A DNA stretch of 64,000 nt. Origin: Patescibacteria group bacterium (GTDB lineage: Bacteria > Patescibacteriota > Minisyncoccia > JAHISW01 > Tagabacteraceae). The notes beneath the pieces were generated by a model, which saw nothing but the letters and a program-made list of their open reading frames with translations, did no database searches and was not told the DNA's origin. The stretch lies in contig JBHPEK010000002.1 of the NCBI GenBank assembly GCA_042577045.1, positions 389 to 64,388 of the forward strand, in the 5' to 3' direction. A program made the position numbers and the translations under genes. Shown in pieces: positions 1 to 9,479 of this stretch. Position 1 is the first letter of the stretch. Each line of letters opens with the position of its first letter.

Positions 1-465
1 GCTTTAAATATCAAAGGTGGAAAATTTGTAATTAAAAACACTATTTTTAAAAATAATTCTTTCGACGCTATTGATATAGATTTTTCAGAGGGAGAGGTGG
101 TTGATTCCATGTTTTTAAATAATGTGGGTGTTGATGGTGATGCAATTGATTTAAGTTTTTCAGAGGTAGCAATAATAGGGAATGAAATTGAAAACTGTGG
201 AGATAAGGGCATTAGTATTGGCGAAAAATCTACCTCTGTTGTTGAAAATAACGAAATTAAAGGTTGCCAAATAGGTATTGCCGTAAAAGATAGTTCTTAT
301 GCTAAGATTGTAAACTCTAACTTGACTGAAAATGAAATCGGAATTAGTCTTTACCGAAAGAAGCAAGTTTTTGGAGGAGCTAAAGCTAGCTTAAGTAATG
401 TTGTTTTTGAAAGCAATGTTCAAGATACAAAATTGGATAACTTATCAGAACTTTACTATGAATAA
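1..465 (+). CDS. Right-handed parallel beta-helix repeat protein (NosD/pectin-lyase-like). 5'-partial: the reading frame is open from base 1.
   Basis: Frame 1 is open from position 1 to the stop at 465. It shows repeated G-x-x-I-x-x-N motifs such as IIGNEIENCGDKGISIG, NNEIKGCQIGIAV and TENEIGISL. Confidence 0.5.
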   Translation, partial: ALNIKGGKFVIKNTIFKNNSFDAIDIDFSEGEVVDSMFLNNVGVDGDAIDLSFSEVAIIGNEIENCGDKGISIGEKSTSVVENNEIKGCQIGIAVKDSSYAKIVNSNLTENEIGISLYRKKQVFGGAKASLSNVVFESNVQDTKLDNLSELYYE

Positions 466-1123
466 ATTTTCAAGGCCTGCCTTGTCTGCAAGCAGGTTTG
501 AGTTTAAATATTTGATGAACGAGCAAAAAGCGATATCTGTCTTAAGCGTTCTTAAGAAACTTGGAATGAGACCTGACCCTAAATCTTGTTCGGGGGGCGA
601 TAATTCTTATATTGTTAGTTCTCTATATTTTGATTCGTGGGCTTGGAAAGATTATCAAGATAAAGTTGGAGGTTTTTTGTCGCGAAAAAAGATAAGACTA
701 CGTTTTTACGGTGATGAACCAAAGGACATATGGGCAGAGATAAAAAGAAAACAAGATATGTCTATTTTAAAAGAGCGCTCACACGAAATTAAAAAACCTC
801 TTTTAATGTATATCATCAAAGAGGGGCTTAAACCCAAGGTTTTAGTTAGATACAAAAGAAGACCGCTTGTTTTTGGTAATTCAAATAATTTAAGGATTAC
901 TTTTGACTCAAATATTGAAACTTGCAAAACTAGCAGTTTTTTCTATAATAAGTCTATGTTTCCAGTCGGGAAAGGATTGGTTGTAATGGAGTTAAAATAT
1001 AATATCTGTATACCCAGGTGGTTCGGAGATATTGTTAAAAAATTTGATCTACAACGAGAAGCATTTTCCAAATATGCTCTTTCTGTGGAGGTCTGTAATA
1101 AATATAAACCATTGGTGCGATAA
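458..1123 (+). CDS. VTC-domain (polyphosphate-polymerase-like) protein.
   Basis: The ORF contains SLYFDS, IRLRFYGD and EIKRK motifs typical of VTC/CYTH-like domains. The internal Met at 458 (MNKFSRP) overlaps the upstream stop. It is followed by its usual DUF4956 partner. Confidence 0.5.
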   Translation: MNKFSRPALSASRFEFKYLMNEQKAISVLSVLKKLGMRPDPKSCSGGDNSYIVSSLYFDSWAWKDYQDKVGGFLSRKKIRLRFYGDEPKDIWAEIKRKQDMSILKERSHEIKKPLLMYIIKEGLKPKVLVRYKRRPLVFGNSNNLRITFDSNIETCKTSSFFYNKSMFPVGKGLVVMELKYNICIPRWFGDIVKKFDLQREAFSKYALSVEVCNKYKPLVR

Positions 1124-1130
1124 ATAAATT

Positions 1131-1808
1131 ATGTTTAGTCCTGAAAACTTTTTTAATCTTACAAGCATAGAATTGAGTAGTACAATTATTGTTTTTAATA
1201 TTTTATTTTCTTTTGTATTAGTTTTTTTTATAGCTTGGATTTATAAAAGAACGCATAGCGGTATTTCCTATTCTTCTTCTTTTGTATTTACCATTGTTTT
1301 AATGGGTGTTGTATCAACTGTTATCATGATGGTTGTTAGCCATAATCTTATAGGTGCCGTCGGGCTTTTGGGAGCTTTTTCTCTTTTGCGATTTAGAACA
1401 ATTATTAAAGATACTCGCGACATTGCTTTTGTTTTCTTTTCTTTGGCCATTGGCGTTGCTGTTGGAACTAATAATTATACAATTGCATTGTTGGCTACAA
1501 TTTTGGTCTCTCTTATAATAATTTTTCTTACAAAAATTCGTTTTGGCTCTGCATTAAAAGAAGATTTTGTTCTTACCTTTAATTTGCCGGGTGGTAGTTC
1601 AAATGTTTATAGTAAAGTTTTTTCTAATTTTTTTAAATCTCATGAACTTCTTCATGTTAAAAGTTTCGGTGAAGATAGGCAGGAGTATGCTTTTAGTTTT
1701 ATATTGCAAAAGGATAAAATTTTGGATGATTTCCTTAAAGAGCTAAAAGTTATAAATGATATAGCTGGTGTTGAAATTATCTCAATTAATTCAAGTGTAG
1801 AATATTAA
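1131..1808 (+). CDS. DUF4956-family membrane protein (usual partner of bacterial VTC-domain proteins).
   Basis: It has N-terminal transmembrane helices and a SLLRFRTIIKDTRDIAFVFFSLAIGVAVG motif. Gene order is conserved with the VTC gene. Confidence 0.5.
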   Translation: MFSPENFFNLTSIELSSTIIVFNILFSFVLVFFIAWIYKRTHSGISYSSSFVFTIVLMGVVSTVIMMVVSHNLIGAVGLLGAFSLLRFRTIIKDTRDIAFVFFSLAIGVAVGTNNYTIALLATILVSLIIIFLTKIRFGSALKEDFVLTFNLPGGSSNVYSKVFSNFFKSHELLHVKSFGEDRQEYAFSFILQKDKILDDFLKELKVINDIAGVEIISINSSVEY

Positions 1809-1809
1809 T

Positions 1810-3423
1810 TTGTTTGTTTTTAAAAATTTTCTAAAAGCACATTTTCTGTTTATTATTTTGCTGATTATTTTGGCAGTTTATTTGGGTTTGAAGACTGTTC
1901 CTGAAGACGGTTGGGATGAATGGGGATTTGGAACGGCGCAAGTCTTGATGTCTGCAAAATATTGGGCTGAAGATGGAATTGTTAATCACAAATTTCTAAC
2001 TATTCCTATGGGCTACAATAAAGTTGTCCAGTATCTTGATGAGCCAGAAATGAGGCACCACGCCAGAGGAGCGGTTACTGGCGGTTTGATTGGTCGTCGA
2101 CTTTATTATACTCATTATCCATCTGGCTATGTTTTTCCTCCAACTTTGCTAATGAAACTCGGTATTGACTATGTAGAACGTCATTGGTATAGAATTTTGT
2201 CTCTTATGTTTTCCCTTAGCGCCTTAATTTTTATGTATGCGTTTTTTTGCTATCTTTCCAATCGGTTAATTGCATTCTTGGCAACTCTTTATTATGCTGG
2301 ATCAACGATGTTTTTGGGCTTTGCTGATACGGTTTGTACTCCTCCAGTAGATGATTTTTTCAGATTTTTAATTTTGCTCTTAAGTGTTTTGGCATTTCGT
2401 AGTGTCTCGGATGTTAAAAAGTTTAGAATATACAACATCGCAATTTGGGCATCATATTTATTGTTGTCTATTTCTTCTTATGATTCCACTTTTTTTATTT
2501 TCGTTTGGCTTGTTGGTTTAGATATTATTATTTTCAAAAAGTTTTTGTGGAAAAGGTGGTTGATTTTTGCTTTGGCACCAATATTAGCATTTTGTTTGCA
2601 GGTTTTGCAAAATATTTGGTATTTTGGTGATTGGAGAACATTATGGCTTGATACAATGGGTGCCGGAGTAGCCAAAGCCCAATCTGGTAGCCTTTGGTTG
2701 CATATAAAGAGTATTTCGAGATCCTTTTATTTGTTGACTGGTTTTAGTGCGCTGTGGTCGACTCTGGGAATAGCAGGTCTATTTGTTGGATTTTGGAAGT
2801 TTAAAAAGAGCTTTCAATTGAAAAATTTTTATACAAACAATATTATTTGGATTTTAATAATTTTGTTTTTGGCTGGTTCAATTTTTCCATTTCTTTTTGC
2901 TGGAGGAGTTTTTGAATATCAGGGCAGACAAATGGCGCCATTTGTTGGTTTGTTATTTGGTTTAATAATCTACTTAGTTGGTAAAAATTTATTTTCTTTA
3001 AGAAGAAAAAAGATATTAATTGTTTTGTTTTTTATTGTTCTAGTTTTTTGGGCTGGTCAAATTATTAGAACAATTGATTATGTAAAAGATTGGCCAAACA
3101 ACACGATTGATAAAAATATTGTTGAATTTTCTAAATCGTTAAAAGAAAAGAAAGATGGAGTCGTTTTTAGAATCGATAACTTACCTTCTAAGCGTTATCC
3201 CAACATTGATCCTCGAGTTGAATATTATATAGAATTACCGGTTTTATCCTTTGAAAACCGGGAAGATTTGATCAACGATTATAACTGGCTAAAGAATCGT
3301 TCTGAATTTCCTTTTAAGGCAATTATTTTAGCCACCGACCAAGAAGAGAAAGAGAAAATAAAATTATTGTTTGAAGACAATAAAGAAGTTATAATTTTGA
3401 TTGGTCCTAGTTTAAATATTTAA
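1810..3423 (+). CDS. Polytopic membrane protein, putative GT-C glycosyltransferase of the ArnT/PMT type (GT39/83-like). Paralog of 4850..6523.
   Basis: About 12 predicted transmembrane segments. The first loop carries WDEWGFGTAQ...AEDG, which resembles the DE-x-x-Y...A..M..G motif of ArnT/PMT enzymes. There is a C-terminal soluble domain. Long near-identical blocks are shared with 4850..6523 (LIAFLATLYYAGSTMFLG, DDFFRFLILLLSVLA, KKFRIYNIAIW). A TTG start is inferred. Confidence 0.45.
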   Translation: MFVFKNFLKAHFLFIILLIILAVYLGLKTVPEDGWDEWGFGTAQVLMSAKYWAEDGIVNHKFLTIPMGYNKVVQYLDEPEMRHHARGAVTGGLIGRRLYYTHYPSGYVFPPTLLMKLGIDYVERHWYRILSLMFSLSALIFMYAFFCYLSNRLIAFLATLYYAGSTMFLGFADTVCTPPVDDFFRFLILLLSVLAFRSVSDVKKFRIYNIAIWASYLLLSISSYDSTFFIFVWLVGLDIIIFKKFLWKRWLIFALAPILAFCLQVLQNIWYFGDWRTLWLDTMGAGVAKAQSGSLWLHIKSISRSFYLLTGFSALWSTLGIAGLFVGFWKFKKSFQLKNFYTNNIIWILIILFLAGSIFPFLFAGGVFEYQGRQMAPFVGLLFGLIIYLVGKNLFSLRRKKILIVLFFIVLVFWAGQIIRTIDYVKDWPNNTIDKNIVEFSKSLKEKKDGVVFRIDNLPSKRYPNIDPRVEYYIELPVLSFENREDLINDYNWLKNRSEFPFKAIILATDQEEKEKIKLLFEDNKEVIILIGPSLNI

Positions 3424-3431
3424 GTAAACTT

Positions 3432-4853
3432 ATGAAAATTGCATTTGTTCAAAATTTAATGATGCCTTATTTTGGGATATCTTATATTTCTTCTGTCTTA
3501 AGAAAGGGGGGGCATTTGTCGGAAGTTTTTATAGAAGGGTTACATAAAGATATAGTAAAAGATATTTGTGATGCTCAGCCTGACATTGTTGGTTTTTATT
3601 GTATCACAGGCGAACATCGGTGGGTTGAGAGAACAGCAAGAGAAATAAAGAAGAAGCTGGATATTCCTGTTATAGTTGGAGGGCCGCACCCTACTTATTT
3701 TCCAGAAATGGTGGAGGAGGACGGTATTGATATGATTTGTCGAGGAGACGGGGAGATTGCTGTGTTAGAGTTGATGAATAGGATTGAGAGAAAGGAGAAT
3801 ACTAACAACATAGAAGGAATTTGGTCAAAAGAAGGCGTGGATATTCACAAAAATGGTGTTGGAGAAATGATTGAAGATTTGGAGACCCTTCCTTTGCCGG
3901 ATAGAGATCTTTATGACAAGTATGATTTTTTTAAAGAAGAAACGGAGATTCCAGTGTGTGTTTCTAGGGGGTGTCCGTTTAATTGTACTTTTTGCTACAA
4001 CGCATCCAAGAAGAAGTTATATTTGGGCAAGAAGGTGGTAAGGACAAGGAGTGTTGAGAATATTATGTCCGAGATAACATATTTGCGCAAAGAATATCCT
4101 CTTATGAAATCAATTATTTTCAACGATGATAATTTAGGTTTGTCTCCAGACTGGTTTAACGAGTTTTGTGAAAAATATGCAGGAATTAATGGTCCGCCAT
4201 ATTTTGCCAGTATTCGTGCAGACTTCATAAATGAAAAGACTATTAAAAAATTAAAAAAATCAAATTGTTTCTGTCTTTCTCTTGGGGTTGAAAGTGGAAG
4301 TGCAGAAATGAGAAGAAAGATATTACACAAGAACATACCAGACGAAGTCTATATCAATGCCGCAAAATTAATGAGAGAGAACGGTATAAAAGTAAGAACT
4401 TCGAATATGTTTTTCTTGCCAGGAGAAACTATTGACATGGCTTTTAAAACCGTTTGGTTAAATAAGAAAATGAAAACGGATTATCCGTGGGTTTATCCTC
4501 TCCAGCCTTATCCAGGAACAGAGATTTATGACTATTCGATGAAAAACAATTTCTTGAGAAAGGATTTTTCTTTTGACGACATAGACCCCCTGGGAATTTT
4601 AGAAAGTCCCTTGGAGTCAAAATTAAAAGATGGAAAAAAGATTAAAGTTTTACATAGACTTTTTTATTATGGTGTTAAGGTTCCAGGATTTGTTTATTTA
4701 TTAAAGTTATTTGTTTATATTCCAAACAATTTTGTTTTTGAATTTTTTCATCGTTTTGCAATTTTAATGACTTATGCTAATTATCATCAGGTTAGTTTTT
4801 ACAGGGCGCTAAAGGTGGCATTGCAGGCGAATAAAGTTGAAAAAAGAAAATGA
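3432..4853 (+). CDS. Cobalamin(B12)-binding radical SAM protein (class B).
   Basis: The N-terminal B12-binding Rossmann region contains IVGFYCITGEH...VIVGGPHPT. The radical SAM cluster motif is CPFNCTFC (CxxxCxxC). The stop overlaps the next start (ATGA). Confidence 0.75.
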   Translation: MKIAFVQNLMMPYFGISYISSVLRKGGHLSEVFIEGLHKDIVKDICDAQPDIVGFYCITGEHRWVERTAREIKKKLDIPVIVGGPHPTYFPEMVEEDGIDMICRGDGEIAVLELMNRIERKENTNNIEGIWSKEGVDIHKNGVGEMIEDLETLPLPDRDLYDKYDFFKEETEIPVCVSRGCPFNCTFCYNASKKKLYLGKKVVRTRSVENIMSEITYLRKEYPLMKSIIFNDDNLGLSPDWFNEFCEKYAGINGPPYFASIRADFINEKTIKKLKKSNCFCLSLGVESGSAEMRRKILHKNIPDEVYINAAKLMRENGIKVRTSNMFFLPGETIDMAFKTVWLNKKMKTDYPWVYPLQPYPGTEIYDYSMKNNFLRKDFSFDDIDPLGILESPLESKLKDGKKIKVLHRLFYYGVKVPGFVYLLKLFVYIPNNFVFEFFHRFAILMTYANYHQVSFYRALKVALQANKVEKRK

Positions 4854-6523
4854 AAAATATTTTTAGAAAACATTTTTTATTTATTTTACTATTATTTATT
4901 TTGACGGTTTATCTGGGACTGAAGGCAATACCTAGTAATAGCTGGGATGACTGGGCTTTTGGTTCAGCGCAGACAATGTTAACTATGAGGCATTGGGTTG
5001 AGGATGGAATGATTTATTCTAAGTTTTTATTTATACCGATTGGTTATAGTAAAATTGTTCAATACTTTGATGAACCAGAAATGCGTCGTCACGCCAAGGG
5101 AACAACAACGGGAGAGTTAATGGAGAACAGACTTTATTACACTCATTATCCTGCTGGGTATCTGATTCCACATGGAATTTTAGCTAAAATAGGTTTTGAG
5201 TCTAGGTATTGGTTTAGATTTTTAGCGCTACTTTTTTCTTTGTCGGCGCTTATTTTGATGTATTTCTTTTTTTGTTTTCTCTCAAATAAATTAATTGCCT
5301 TTCTGGCAACCCTCTATTATGCTGGGTCAACAATGTTTTTAGGATTGGCTGATTCTTTGGCTAATCAACCAATAGATGACTTTTTCAGATTTCTAATATT
5401 ACTTTTAAGTGTTTTGGCAGTACGGAATGCTTCCAATGTTAAAAAATTTAGAATTTATAATATCGCAATTTGGGTTTCGTATTTTTTGCTTGCTAGCTCT
5501 TCTTATGATTCCACTTTCTTTGTTTTCGTCTGGCTTGTGGGTCTAGACATTGTTACTGACTGGAATACTAACAAAGATGGTGCGAAGCCCCGTACCAAAA
5601 GATTAAAAGAAATCTTTTTGGTTCGGGGGAAAAAGTGGTTGCTGTGGGGAAGTGCTCCTGTCTTGGCATTTATTTTGCAAATGGCGCAAAATGTTTGGTA
5701 TTTAGGGTGGCGTGATATGTGGCTTGATGTTTACGGTTCTTTTAAATTTCGTACTACATCAGCGCCTGGTTCTGGTTTTTTTGAAAAACATATACGGTCA
5801 ATGTTCTCACCTCTTGTATATTTAGCTGACTTTAGAGCTCGTTTTATTATTCCTATCATTTCATTTTTATTTTTTATTTTTTGGAAATTAAAAAACAAGG
5901 TAAGTTACACTTGGCCCAAAATACAAGTATTAGTTTTGCTCGCTCTGGCTGGATTTGCTTATCCTTTTATTCTTTCTTCAACAGCATATTTCCCATATCA
6001 GGGTAGGCAAATGTTGCCTTTTGTTGGTTTACTGCTGGCTTCTTCTACTATTTTAATTTTTAAAATTTTTAAGGAAAAAAGGGAAATGTCTTTGTATTTA
6101 ATTGGCATGCTACTGCTTGTTGCTAGTCTTTGGTTTGTTCAAGCACAAAGAACATATTCTTACATTCTTGAATGGCCAAATAATACTGTTGATAAAGAGG
6201 TAATTAGTTTTACTAAAGAAATAAAAGACATTGAAGGAGAGAACAAGGTGATTTTTAAGTTAGATGGAACTATTCCTACCCGCCACCACCATGCTTCGCT
6301 GGTTCTTGAGTATTATATGAATATGCCAATTATGTCTTTTAAATATTCTTTTGACTTAGTTCGTGATTATAAGTGGTTAAAAGATCGATCTGAATATCCT
6401 TTTTATTCTGTAGTTTTAACTACTACCGAGGAAGAGTTTAATGAGGCAAATTCTTTGTTTGACGGAGAAGATCAGATCTCTATTATTTATAGACCAGATT
6501 TAAATTTTGATTTAGGAATATGA
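4850..6523 (+). CDS. Polytopic membrane protein, putative GT-C glycosyltransferase. Paralog of 1810..3423.
   Basis: Carries WDDWAFGSAQ...VEDG and the same conserved blocks as 1810..3423. Multiple transmembrane helices and a C-terminal soluble domain. Confidence 0.45.
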   Translation: MKNIFRKHFLFILLLFILTVYLGLKAIPSNSWDDWAFGSAQTMLTMRHWVEDGMIYSKFLFIPIGYSKIVQYFDEPEMRRHAKGTTTGELMENRLYYTHYPAGYLIPHGILAKIGFESRYWFRFLALLFSLSALILMYFFFCFLSNKLIAFLATLYYAGSTMFLGLADSLANQPIDDFFRFLILLLSVLAVRNASNVKKFRIYNIAIWVSYFLLASSSYDSTFFVFVWLVGLDIVTDWNTNKDGAKPRTKRLKEIFLVRGKKWLLWGSAPVLAFILQMAQNVWYLGWRDMWLDVYGSFKFRTTSAPGSGFFEKHIRSMFSPLVYLADFRARFIIPIISFLFFIFWKLKNKVSYTWPKIQVLVLLALAGFAYPFILSSTAYFPYQGRQMLPFVGLLLASSTILIFKIFKEKREMSLYLIGMLLLVASLWFVQAQRTYSYILEWPNNTVDKEVISFTKEIKDIEGENKVIFKLDGTIPTRHHHASLVLEYYMNMPIMSFKYSFDLVRDYKWLKDRSEYPFYSVVLTTTEEEFNEANSLFDGEDQISIIYRPDLNFDLGI

Positions 6524-6530
6524 TAACAAA

Positions 6531-7247
6531 ATGAACAAGAGAATTTTTAGATTTAAAAAACCAGTAGCTTTAATAGAACCCGCATATTTTTGGCTTCATG
6601 CTAAGCCAAAAGTTTTAAAATGGTTCTTAGCGTTTGCACCAATTTCTGCTTTCATTTTTGAAATTCGTTTTCTTAGAAAAATATTTTTCAAAATAGATTT
6701 TAATGAGAGAGTTGTAGAAAACACTTTTGTTTTAGCCAATATTCCTGAATTACCAGCTAAAATATTAGATTTTGGTGTTACCAGCTCTTGGTTGAGCATC
6801 AGATTGGCTTCTTTGGGGTACAAGATTACTGGTTTAGATATGCGGCCTTATGAGTTTTCTCACCCCAACATAAAACTAATTCGGGGTGATTTGTTTGAAA
6901 CATCTTTACCCAAAGAAGAGTATGATGCCATCTTAGTTGTTTCTACCCTAGAGCATGTTGATGCAGACGAGCGTGCTCTTCAAATTTTATCAGAATCATT
7001 AAAAATAGGCGGAAAATTATTTATAACTGTACCTTTTGGTCAGGAGGCAATTTTGCCTTCCCATCGAGTTTATTCTAAAAAAAGATTAGAGAAAATAGTT
7101 CCTCCAAATTTAAATATCAAAAAAATAGCTTATTATAAAAAAGACTCTTCAATGGTGTGGCTTGAGTCTAAAGAGGAAGATGTTTCTTTGGTAGATTCGT
7201 CCAGAGAATCAAATGCTGTAGTATGTTTAATTTTAGAAAAACAATAA
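6531..7247 (+). CDS. Class I SAM-dependent methyltransferase.
   Basis: ILDFGVTSSWLSIRLASLGYKITGLD (motif I), LVVSTLEHV and GGKLFITVP are typical of the Methyltransf_11/12 fold. Confidence 0.55.
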   Translation: MNKRIFRFKKPVALIEPAYFWLHAKPKVLKWFLAFAPISAFIFEIRFLRKIFFKIDFNERVVENTFVLANIPELPAKILDFGVTSSWLSIRLASLGYKITGLDMRPYEFSHPNIKLIRGDLFETSLPKEEYDAILVVSTLEHVDADERALQILSESLKIGGKLFITVPFGQEAILPSHRVYSKKRLEKIVPPNLNIKKIAYYKKDSSMVWLESKEEDVSLVDSSRESNAVVCLILEKQ

Positions 7248-8560
7248 AAAAATACTGGTTTCCCATTTTGGTACTGTTCATAATTATTTTGAGTGCTGTA
7301 ATTTGGTTACCAAAATATGGAGCATGGACGGGAGCAACTGATGTGGAGTATCAAGTGATAGCTCAGAATATGCTAGAGGGCAAGGGATATTCTTTGGATG
7401 AGGAAAAAACAATGAAACGGGAACCTGCTTACCCTACTTTCTTGTTTTTAAACTACAAAATTTTTGGAGTTAATTCTAATTTGATTAGGTTTGAACAATT
7501 AATTTTTTTGTTTTTAATTTGTTTTTTAACTTATAAACTTTCTAAAGAATTTTTTAATGAAGCAGTTGCTAAAATTGCTACACTAGCAATTGCAATTCAT
7601 CCTTTGTTTATTATTTATGTAACTGATCGAGTTTCAGAAATTTTAGCTACCTTTTTGATTTTATTGTTTTGCTTCGTTCTATTAAAAAGTGTCGGAAGAG
7701 AAAATTTATTATTTAGTTTTTTGTCTGGATCTATTTTGGGGCTTCTTGTTTTGACTAAAAGTATTTTTATCTTTATTCCTATTTTTGCAGTTATTTTTTA
7801 TTTGTTTAAGGGTGGTAATAAAAAATTAGTAAAAGCTACTTTGTTTTTTTTGGCTTTTGTTATTTTTGTTTCTCCTTGGTTTTTACGAAACTACACTTAT
7901 TTTGACACTTGGTCTATTGCTGAAAGAGGAGGCCTGATTACTTATATGCACACATTAAAAACTAAACTTTATGGGCAGGATTTGAAAGATTATCTTGTTT
8001 CTTCTTTTTTGAGTCAGTATTTTGTGCGCTTAGAAAATCCTTCCTTTAAAATAGCCGACATAAACAAGACGCCGGTAAATGAAGAAATAGACGAACTTTT
8101 GGGAGAGGGTTATTCTCGTCGAGAAATAGATATTTTGTTTGCAGAGAAAGCGAAAGAGAGCTGGAAGCAACATCCTATAAAAAATTTTCTTTTAGGTTTT
8201 ACGCAGTTAAGTAGAGCTAATTCACCGACTGTGCCGAAGGATTCTATAATGTATGTCTATGCCGTTCCAGATAGTTTGTTTATGAAGTTTGCTCGAGGAG
8301 CGGTACTAGTTTTTATTAGGTTGTTTTGGTTGATTGTATTATTGTTGATGGTTTACGGTGTTTACAAAACAATACGTTTAAAAAAATATTATCTTCTGCC
8401 GTTGATATTTTTGATTGTATATTTGAATGGCCTTCTTTCTCTTTTTGATACTGCACCACGTCATATTTTCCCAATTTATCCTCTCTATTTTATCTTTTTT
8501 GCCTTTGGCTTGTCTTTTTTGCTTTCCCCCGACCCCGGGGGTCGGGGGAAAAATCTTTAA
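7223..8560 (+). CDS. GT-C membrane glycosyltransferase (GT39/ArnT/PMT_2-like).
   Basis: TDVEYQVIAQNMLEGKGY matches the DE-x-Y...A..M..G signature of ArnT/PMT. There are more than 10 transmembrane helices. The C-terminus reads through a GC palindrome. Confidence 0.55.
   Translation: MFNFRKTIKKYWFPILVLFIIILSAVIWLPKYGAWTGATDVEYQVIAQNMLEGKGYSLDEEKTMKREPAYPTFLFLNYKIFGVNSNLIRFEQLIFLFLICFLTYKLSKEFFNEAVAKIATLAIAIHPLFIIYVTDRVSEILATFLILLFCFVLLKSVGRENLLFSFLSGSILGLLVLTKSIFIFIPIFAVIFYLFKGGNKKLVKATLFFLAFVIFVSPWFLRNYTYFDTWSIAERGGLITYMHTLKTKLYGQDLKDYLVSSFLSQYFVRLENPSFKIADINKTPVNEEIDELLGEGYSRREIDILFAEKAKESWKQHPIKNFLLGFTQLSRANSPTVPKDSIMYVYAVPDSLFMKFARGAVLVFIRLFWLIVLLLMVYGVYKTIRLKKYYLLPLIFLIVYLNGLLSLFDTAPRHIFPIYPLYFIFFAFGLSFLLSPDPGGRGKNL
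8521..8549 (+). terminator. Near-perfect GC palindrome (CCCCCGACCCCGGGGGTCGGGGG) lying across the 3' end of the preceding CDS. Possible intrinsic terminator or attenuator.
   Basis: An 11-bp G/C stem read directly, followed by AAAAATCTTT. It lies inside the last codons of 7223..8560. Confidence 0.3.
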
Positions 8561-8654
8561 GTTCTTGTGGGGGAGTGTGTGGGGGAGTTGCGTATTTTAG
8601 TTGTTTGTGATAGTTTTGAAAAAAACAAAGAACGTTGACATAAGGAGGATATCT

Positions 8655-9479
8655 ATGAAAGAGAGTAAGATTGCTTTTTTGGAGGAAAAGGCGCTTTGGG
8701 TGCGTCAGCAGGTTTTAGAAATGTGTTTAGCTGCGGGAGCTGGGCATATTGCGCCAGCATTTTCGTGCGCAGACATTTTAACGCTACTTTACTACGGTGA
8801 TATAGTACGAGTGGATCCTAGAAATAGAACTTGGGAAGATCGAGATCGTTTTATTTTGAGCAAAGGTCAGGCTTGTGCCGGTCTTTACCCCATATTGGCT
8901 GATCTTGGATTTTTTCCAGTTGAGGATCTTGTGAATTACTGCCAGAACGGTAGTTATTTGGGCGGACATACGGAATCTAAAGTTCCTGGAGTAGAAACGC
9001 TTACTGGTTCACTTGGGCATGGATTATCTATTGGTCTTGGTATGGCTTTGGCCGCCAAAATGGACAAAAGGGATTATTACACATTTGTTCTTTTGGGGGA
9101 CGGATCGCTTCAAGAAGGTTCAAATTGGGAGGCAGTGATGGCGGCGCAGAAATACGAATTGGATAACTTGATTGCCATTGTTGATAGAAACAATCTGCAA
9201 GCTCTTGATTTTACGACTAATTCTATTGACCCTGGTGACCTTGCCAAGCCATTTGAGGCTTTTGGGTGGGATGTTTATCAAGCAGATGGACATTCTTTTG
9301 AAGAGATGGATATCGTTTTTGATATGGCGACGCAGAATAGAGACGGAAGACCAACAGTTATTATTGCGCATACCACCAAAGGAAAAGGCGTATCTTTTAT
9401 GGAAAACGATCCCAAGTGGCATTTTCGGATCCCTAAAGGTGACGAAATTACCCAAGCCAGAAAGGAGTTGAAAATATGA
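8655..9479 (+). CDS. Transketolase, N-terminal (TPP-binding) subunit of a split transketolase.
   Basis: LGHGLSIGLGMALA, LLGDGSLQEGSNWEA and the HIAP..SCADIL motifs. RBS AAGGAGG lies 7 nt upstream of the ATG at 8655. Confidence 0.8.
   Translation: MKESKIAFLEEKALWVRQQVLEMCLAAGAGHIAPAFSCADILTLLYYGDIVRVDPRNRTWEDRDRFILSKGQACAGLYPILADLGFFPVEDLVNYCQNGSYLGGHTESKVPGVETLTGSLGHGLSIGLGMALAAKMDKRDYYTFVLLGDGSLQEGSNWEAVMAAQKYELDNLIAIVDRNNLQALDFTTNSIDPGDLAKPFEAFGWDVYQADGHSFEEMDIVFDMATQNRDGRPTVIIAHTTKGKGVSFMENDPKWHFRIPKGDEITQARKELKI

Noticed and set aside
8630-8650. TTGACA hexamer before the transketolase gene, considered as a -35 promoter element.
   Set aside because: It lies only about 15 nt upstream of the ATG and overlaps the RBS, leaving no room for a -10 box or transcription start. 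Chance match.
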